Shown: positions 58,596-64,000 of the stretch, piece by piece | Layout: each line of letters opens with the position of its first letter | Position numbering within the stretch: position 1 is the stretch's first letter | DNA from: Thermoproteota archaeon | GTDB lineage: Archaea; Korarchaeota; Korarchaeia; Korarchaeales; Korarchaeaceae | NCBI GenBank assembly: GCA_026986575.1 | Contig: JALSOH010000004.1 | Coordinates: forward strand, 819,082-883,081 | Direction of reading: 5' to 3' | Length of the DNA stretch: 64,000 nucleotides | Program-made: the position numbers and the translations under genes | Notes under the pieces: model-generated | Told to the model about the DNA's origin: nothing | What the model saw: the letters and a program-made list of their open reading frames with translations, nothing else | The model's database searches: none

Positions 58596-60100
58596 TTAGG
58601 CCTTCTCGACCGCCTTCTCCATCAGCCTCTCCAGATGGGAAACCATCATGTGACCGTAGTTCAGGTGGAATGTTCTCACAGGTAAACCCTTCCTTGTCTC
58701 ACTTCCCTTCTTCTTGGTCCTTCCCCTCCTTCCCTCGCTCACCATTAGCATCCCAGCTCTCTCCAACTCGTTCAGATTAGCATTCACCACGAGGAAAGGA
58801 TTCTTCAGGTTGAGATCCGTGCCTCCCAATATGGCGGAGAGTTCCCTGACCGTGAGGCCCGTCCTTCTCCCTTTTCTGGAGCTGATATGATCGAGAAACT
58901 CTCTAGGACATCCTTCGCTGGGCTCTCCAGGCTTCGCCTTCGGCACTGCTAGTTCTATAATGCCAGTAGAACCCATTTCAAGATCCTGCAGCTCTCTCTC
59001 ATATAGCAACAGCCTCGCGTACTCGCAAAGGAGTTTAACTAGGCATTCCAGCGAACTTTCATCCCACTCCTCGACCATCCTGTCGAGGCCCTCCTTCACC
59101 ATGATTATCTTGAGCAGAGCGAGCTGCAGATCGGTAAGGGGAAGGGGAACCATGTCCTTGGGTGCGTTACCACCCAGCAGCCTAACGCTGTGGGCGAAAG
59201 CCTGCACATGCTTCTCCGTCGGGAAGAAGAACATGAAGAGACCCTCGTATGACTCGAACCTATCTAAGAGGTTCATGGATTTGATCAGGCTGGTGTAAAA
59301 ATCGAGGAATCTCCTCCCCTCTCATCAGGCTGAGGATCACCTTGGGACTCAGGTATATCATCCCCACCATGGCTCCCTACAGGGTACCCGTCCCCATAAG
59401 CCAGAGATCCTCGTTCTCTAGGAAGACCTTCAACCCTAGAGAAAGGTCTATGGCGAGCCTGAAGATGCATCTCTTCTTCCTCCTCATGAGATGCACGTTT
59501 CTCCTCTTACCTCTTCCCTTCGAGTCGTAGTGGAAAAGTGAGAAGATCCCGTCTCTAGATATGTAGACTGGATTGGGTATGAAGATCAGCTCCGGCTCGT
59601 GTGGGGGGCTGGACAACTTGAGCGGTGAGATGAAGAGCCCTATCTTCTCGGATCTCGGAACCAGAGAGGATTCGAGCTCGGACCATCTGGCGACTATTTC
59701 TGGGAGGCTCATATTCAGTTAATAGAAGGAATAGATCTCTGAGAAGTACTGAGAGGCCATCGAACCCCTTATCAGGAACTTACCCATCCTGTTTTCAAGT
59801 ATTCTCCTGAACTCAGCCGCGATTCTCCTCAAGAGGTTAAGAGCTCATCCTGATCGTGGGAATTCAACCGCACCGATGCGATCAACCTATATATGAGGAG
59901 AGGCCAAACCCATAGGAAAGAGGGGGGCATATTGCCACTGTGTAAGAGTCGATGGGCTCCCTCCCTCAGATGACCGGTTACACGAGTGGACCCTTCGACA
60001 GCCTCCTCGACCACCGAGCGGTGCGGTACCTCCTGTCCTCATTGTCCGCCCCTCCCAAATCCGTAAGTAGATAGGTCCTGCAGGCTTTGTAAACTAATTG
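58596..60100 (-). pseudogene. Family A copy 2, fragmented (5' boundary approximate)
   Basis: ASQYFSEIY vs ASRFFTEVY, ISPLKL identical, FRLAIDLSLGLKVF vs LRMGIDLVLAQKVF, C-terminal wHTH with GRRG; several stops and frameshifts. Confidence 0.75.
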
Positions 60101-60246
60101 CGTCCCTCCTGCCAGCAAACTGTCAAGCTAACTACGATCATAAAAGATCGCGCGACATATTACTCCTTTCATTTCATGAACTTCAGATGAAATTTTTCGG
60201 CTAATACTCATTATACGTGAGCTCTATCACGCACAAAAGGATAAGG

Positions 60247-61150
60247 ATGCCCATCCTCAGGAGGAGGGAACTCGAGAAGAAGATAAGGTCGCTCAGGTCG
60301 AATCTCCCTCCCATCAAGATAAGGGGGGTGGGACTGGGACGCCCCTCCCGTGAAGCCTCCTTTGAACCTAGGCCTAGGGGTGAGCGAGATAGCATCCAGG
60401 TACTGCGAGACCATGAGAGACATCTACGTGAGGAGGGTCCTCAGGGGGAGGCCCGAGATCCCCTTCCCGCGATCAAGGGATCTCTCTTTCATGAGGCAAT
60501 ATCGAGAGCCATCACCGATTCCAAGAGACTGCTATTCAGCGAGGGAATAATTCCCGGCTATTCCATAGTGGAGGAGCTCCTCCCCAAGTTGAATGAGGCC
60601 ATCACCTCGATCCTAGAGGAGATGAGGGCTCAGGAGGCCCCCGTACCAGATGGTGGATGAGGCGGCCAAGCTGTACAAGTACGTGGTGGTGCAGGTAGCA
60701 GCTAATGTGGACAGGATCCTGTCAAAGCACCCGTTCATCGACTTGGACTCGCTGGCCGCGATGGCCATACCCCCTATCACGGAGAGGGTGGTCGATGGGA
60801 GCCTGATAGGACTGGGGAGGCAGCTTAGAGTCGATCTCTACTCGGAGGGCGGCGTGGTCGTGGACATTAAGACCGGGGAGAGGAGGGACTTCCACAGGCT
60901 CGCCCCTACAGGCTACGCTCTCGCGCTCGAGGCCGACAGCGAGATGCCCATCGACTTCGGGATAATAGCATACGTGAGGGTCGATGGGTGGCACACCTTC
61001 AGCTACGACGTCTTCCCTATAACCGACGAGCTCAGGACCCAGTTCTTGGAGCTGAGGGACGAGGCCATTGCCCTGGTGGCGAACGAGGAGGACCCCGGAA
61101 AATCCGTGAGCTGCCCCGACACCTGCCCCTTCAGGGAGGTCTATCCTTAA
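60247..61150 (+). pseudogene. csa1: Type I-A Cas4-like protein Csa1, frameshifted
   Basis: RG..W..P, VSEIA.RYCET.RDIY, G..FH, DIKTG..FH.L...GYALALE, CPDTCPF. Confidence 0.85.
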
Positions 61151-61986
61151 GGAGGCGCATAGTGATATCGAGCTACGGCATATTTCTGGGAGCGAGCGGC
61201 GAGAGGCTCGTGATCAAGAAGCAGAGCGAGGTGCTTAGGGAAATCTCGGCCTTCGAGGTGTCTCAGGTCCTGCTGGACACCAAGGGCTCGTCCGTCTCCT
61301 CGGCGGCGATGAGGCTCATGCTGAAACACGGCGTGGAGCTCCTGATCCTCAGGAGGGGGAGGCTGTTAGGCAAGCTCTCCCCCGCCAGGAGGGGAGCTAA
61401 CATACATCTGAAGATGAGGCAGTTCGCGGTAAGGGACGCCAAGGGTTCACCGGAAGCGGTGAGGGGCAGGGTGGTGAGGCTGGAGGCCGAGGCAGGCAGG
61501 GTGTACTGATCGGCCATAGCCTCGATCCTTCCCAGAGAATTGGGCTTCACCTCTAGGAAGAAGAGGTGCGAGGAGCCCAAGGATCCATTCAACATCCTCC
61601 TCAACAACTTCTACACGGTGCTTATGTCTGAGGCCTGGTTCTTCCTCGAAAGCGTCGGTCTAGAGCCCTTCCTCGGGTTTCTACATGTTCCCAGCAACAG
61701 GAGGCCCGCCTTGGCTGCGGATCTGATGGAGGAGTTCAGGCAGCCGGTGGTGGACAGGGTTGCCTTCTCCCTGGCAGATGATGTCACGGACATGGTCGAG
61801 AATGGGAGGCTCACGTCCGAGGGCAGGGCAAATGCAATGAAGGCCTACGAGGAGGGGATGAAGACCCAGTTACCTTCAGGGGGAGGAGGCACACGATAAG
61901 GGGAGCACTTGAGGCTTCGGGCCGAGAGACTCGCATCCGCCATCATGGGAAGGAGCGAGTACAGGCCCTTCAGGTTGAGGTGGTAG
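61147..61986 (+). pseudogene. cas1: Cas1 integrase, disrupted
   Basis: YGIFLG..ERLVI, SVSS.A, EAEAGRVY* (TGG>TGA), DPFN.LLN, LGFLH, DLMEEFR..VD; internal deletion, no clear start, late frameshift. Confidence 0.88.
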
Positions 61987-62264
61987 GGACGCACGTCCTC
62001 GTGATATACGATATAACGCCCGACGAGATCCGCTACAAGATAGCTTCAATATGCAAGGACTTCGGCTTGATCAGAATACAGAAGAGCGCCTTCCTGGGCA
62101 TTCTCACCGGTGAGAGGAGGAAGGAGATGCGGGTGAGAATGGAGAGGGTGATGAAGGGCGTGAAGGGAAACATACAGATATTCCAGATCCCAGAACCGTA
62201 CGTGGCCCTCAGGGAGGTGATCGGGGAGGTGGAGGAGTACGGCGAGGAGGAGCTGGTCTTCTGA
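61980..62264 (+). CDS. cas2: Cas2
   Basis: LVIYDI..R.KI...CKDFGL.RIQKSAF.G. Confidence 0.95.
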   Translation: MVGTHVLVIYDITPDEIRYKIASICKDFGLIRIQKSAFLGILTGERRKEMRVRMERVMKGVKGNIQIFQIPEPYVALREVIGEVEEYGEEELVF

Positions 62265-62279
62265 GCAAGAGCGCCTTGA

Positions 62280-62850
62280 ATGTCAAGAGCCTGTCCCGGT
62301 CAGCGAGCTGAGGCAGTACCATTTCTGCCCGAGGGTGGTCTACTACCACCTTCTTGGTGTGAAGGAGGCGGATAGGGAGTACATGAGATCGGGGAAGGAG
62401 AGACAGCAGGACCTCTGGTCGAGGGAGAAGAGAAGGACCACGCTAGCCGGTCTCAGGAAGCTAAAGGTGGACGAGAGGATATACGGCCTCTCACTCTCCA
62501 GCGAGAGGCTTTGCCTCGTTGGCACGCTGGACATGGCGGTGAGGGTGGGGAGGGAGTGGCTGGTTGTTGAGGTGAAGAGCGGCAAGAGGCCGAAAAACCC
62601 GCTACTGGGACACAGGGTTCAGGGAGCCGCATACAGCATGTTGCTTGAGGAGAGGTTTGGAACAATCACGAAGAGGTTTCTCCTTCTGTACGATGACGGA
62701 TACCTGGAAGTAAAAATGACCCCACAGCTCAGGAATCACGTGAGGTGGACGGTGAAGCAGGTGATCCGGATAATGAGGGGATGGATACCACCGGTCGCGC
62801 CGAGGCGCAGGTGCTCCTCGTGCGGCTATCACATGCTCTGCCCTGTGTAG
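62280..62850 (+). CDS. cas4: Cas4 exonuclease (start codon out of frame or uncertain)
   Basis: VSELRQYHFCPR, G.LD, VEVK, QGAAY, CSSCGY..LC. Confidence 0.9.
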
Positions 62851-62860
62851 TTACTTGAAT

Positions 62861-62914
62861 GAACTTTCATCTTTGCTGTCCCTAATATATTAGCGCGCAG
62901 GGATTTGAAAGTTC
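62861..62914. repeat. Hairpin downstream of cas4 with a CRISPR-repeat-like 3' end
   Basis: GAACTTTCA/TGAAAGTTC arms, internal CTAATATATTAG palindrome, ends AGGGATTTGAAAG. Confidence 0.4.
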
Positions 62915-63381
62915 GTCCATTGGGTTTGTGCCCGATCCCGCCCGGTTGGAGAGTCAACTATCGCTCCCTAGGGCGTCTCCACATTTCCGTACCCTTTGGT
63001 CACATCAACCATAGCTCATCATGTGCTGATCCCGGGGGAAGTGAAATTACCTCTCTTCCCTGTAGGGCGAATCAGCTCCGGCGGAGCGATCTCTGCCTGC
63101 GTTGAAAGCTCATCTGGAGGGGTGGGTCTCCGGAGTAGCGAATAGCTGAGATTGGACAGGGAGAGCATCGTACTCTCCTGAATAACCTGCTATGAGTGTT
63201 AGAACATCGAGGTGAATCGCAGATATGATGCCCCATTTCCATCCAACGGCGGGCTAGGTAGGATCTCACCCCCATGAGTTGGGAAAGGGCCGGAGCAGAA
63301 TCAGAAAGGACTCATTACTGGTTACGTGCCAGAGCCCTCTGAAACCTCTGGAGGTTACATAAGCCGTTCAGATGGGCGGGA

Positions 63382-64000
63382 TCAGTACTCCCTACCGATG
63401 ACGAGCTCTATTCCCTCCTCCTCCGCGCGTTCCCTCAACTCCTTGGCTACCTCCTTCTTGGCTGTCTCCACGACCAGTATCTTCCTCGGCTCCCTACCGT
63501 AGATCTCTCTTATCCTCTCAACCTTCCTCAGGAGCTTGTCTATCTCCTCTGCGGACTCGGCATGGGCGGTCACCTCCCCCACTATGAGGGGGTCCTCAAG
63601 GAAGAGGTCTACCTCCTCGCCATCTATCACTTCCCTCCTGAGCTCCCTTCCCTCAGGTATCTCGCCAGCCCTGACCATCCTGTCCGTGAGGAACCTCCTG
63701 ACGAACTCCTCGAAGGTCATTCCAGCGAATTTGCTGAGCTCACCGAACGCGTATAGGATGGAGGCACTGAGGCCCTCATAAATCCTTTCGAATTTCCTCT
63801 CCATCCTCCCCTGCTGGACTTGCAGTTCCCTTATGGTGGAGAGCATCTTGTTGAAGTCCTCCCTGAGCTTCACCTGCTCCTCCTTGATCGCCTTGATCTC
63901 CTGCCAGATCTTGGTCTGCTCCTCCTTCAGCCTCGTCTGCTCCTCCTTCAGCTCCTTTATCTCCTCCCATATCTTCTGGATCTCCTCCTTGATCGCCTTG
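63382..64000 (-). CDS. Heptad-repeat coiled-coil plus PD-(D/E)xK-like protein (5' end outside the window)
   Basis: IWEEIKELKEEQTRLKEEQTKIWQEIKAIKEEQ; FEE, EEVD..VGEVT; repeats with 21-nt period at 63914-63952. Confidence 0.8.
   Translation of the reverse strand, partial: KAIKEEIQKIWEEIKELKEEQTRLKEEQTKIWQEIKAIKEEQVKLREDFNKMLSTIRELQVQQGRMERKFERIYEGLSASILYAFGELSKFAGMTFEEFVRRFLTDRMVRAGEIPEGRELRREVIDGEEVDLFLEDPLIVGEVTAHAESAEEIDKLLRKVERIREIYGREPRKILVVETAKKEVAKELRERAEEEGIELVIGREY

Noticed and set aside
384-61509. In-frame stops at conserved positions (TAG at 384, 15452 and 57949; TGA at 61507) as possible pyrrolysine/selenocysteine recoding
   Set aside because: All lie in genes with additional frameshifts or deletions, they appear to replace Gln/Glu/Trp codons by single changes, and TAG and TGA end many normal genes here
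124-63970. Many overlapping antisense or alternate-frame ORFs in the track (e.g. 56123-56782, 57949-58575, 47146-47658)
   Set aside because: Shadow ORFs of real genes in GC-rich DNA, with no motifs and atypical composition

Overview
Gene-dense archaeal window, probably from a thermophile. A Korarchaeota-like origin is an inference from codon style and gene families. The left ~38 kb is mixed housekeeping and accessory genes: molybdopterin oxidoreductase, P1B ATPase, flavin disulfide reductase, an Elp3 plus Trm9-like pair, NreA, three archaeal ATPases, and HEPN-MNT and VapBC modules. The most striking element is at 44.7-47.8 kb. Three frameshifted ORFs join into one ~730-aa CetZ/FtsZ-like (tubulin-superfamily) protein that has lost its GTPase motifs and carries a PEGA-like domain plus about 8 transmembrane helices inserted after helix 1. 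It sits 2 nt upstream of a membrane-anchored vWA (MIDAS) gene. Divergent from it is a module of a ~510-aa C-terminal wHTH protein and two tandem ~500-aa double-Lrp/AsnC-like proteins. A decayed second copy of that module is interleaved with a collapsing CRISPR-Cas locus at 55-63 kb (csx1 and cas6 remnants, csa1-cas1-cas2-cas4, no array seen). A dense toxin-antitoxin cluster occupies 48.7-55 kb. Many single-base frameshifts fall in short homopolymers and may be sequencing errors. No tRNA, rRNA, transposase or CRISPR array was found. All homology calls come from motif recognition by eye, not database searches.
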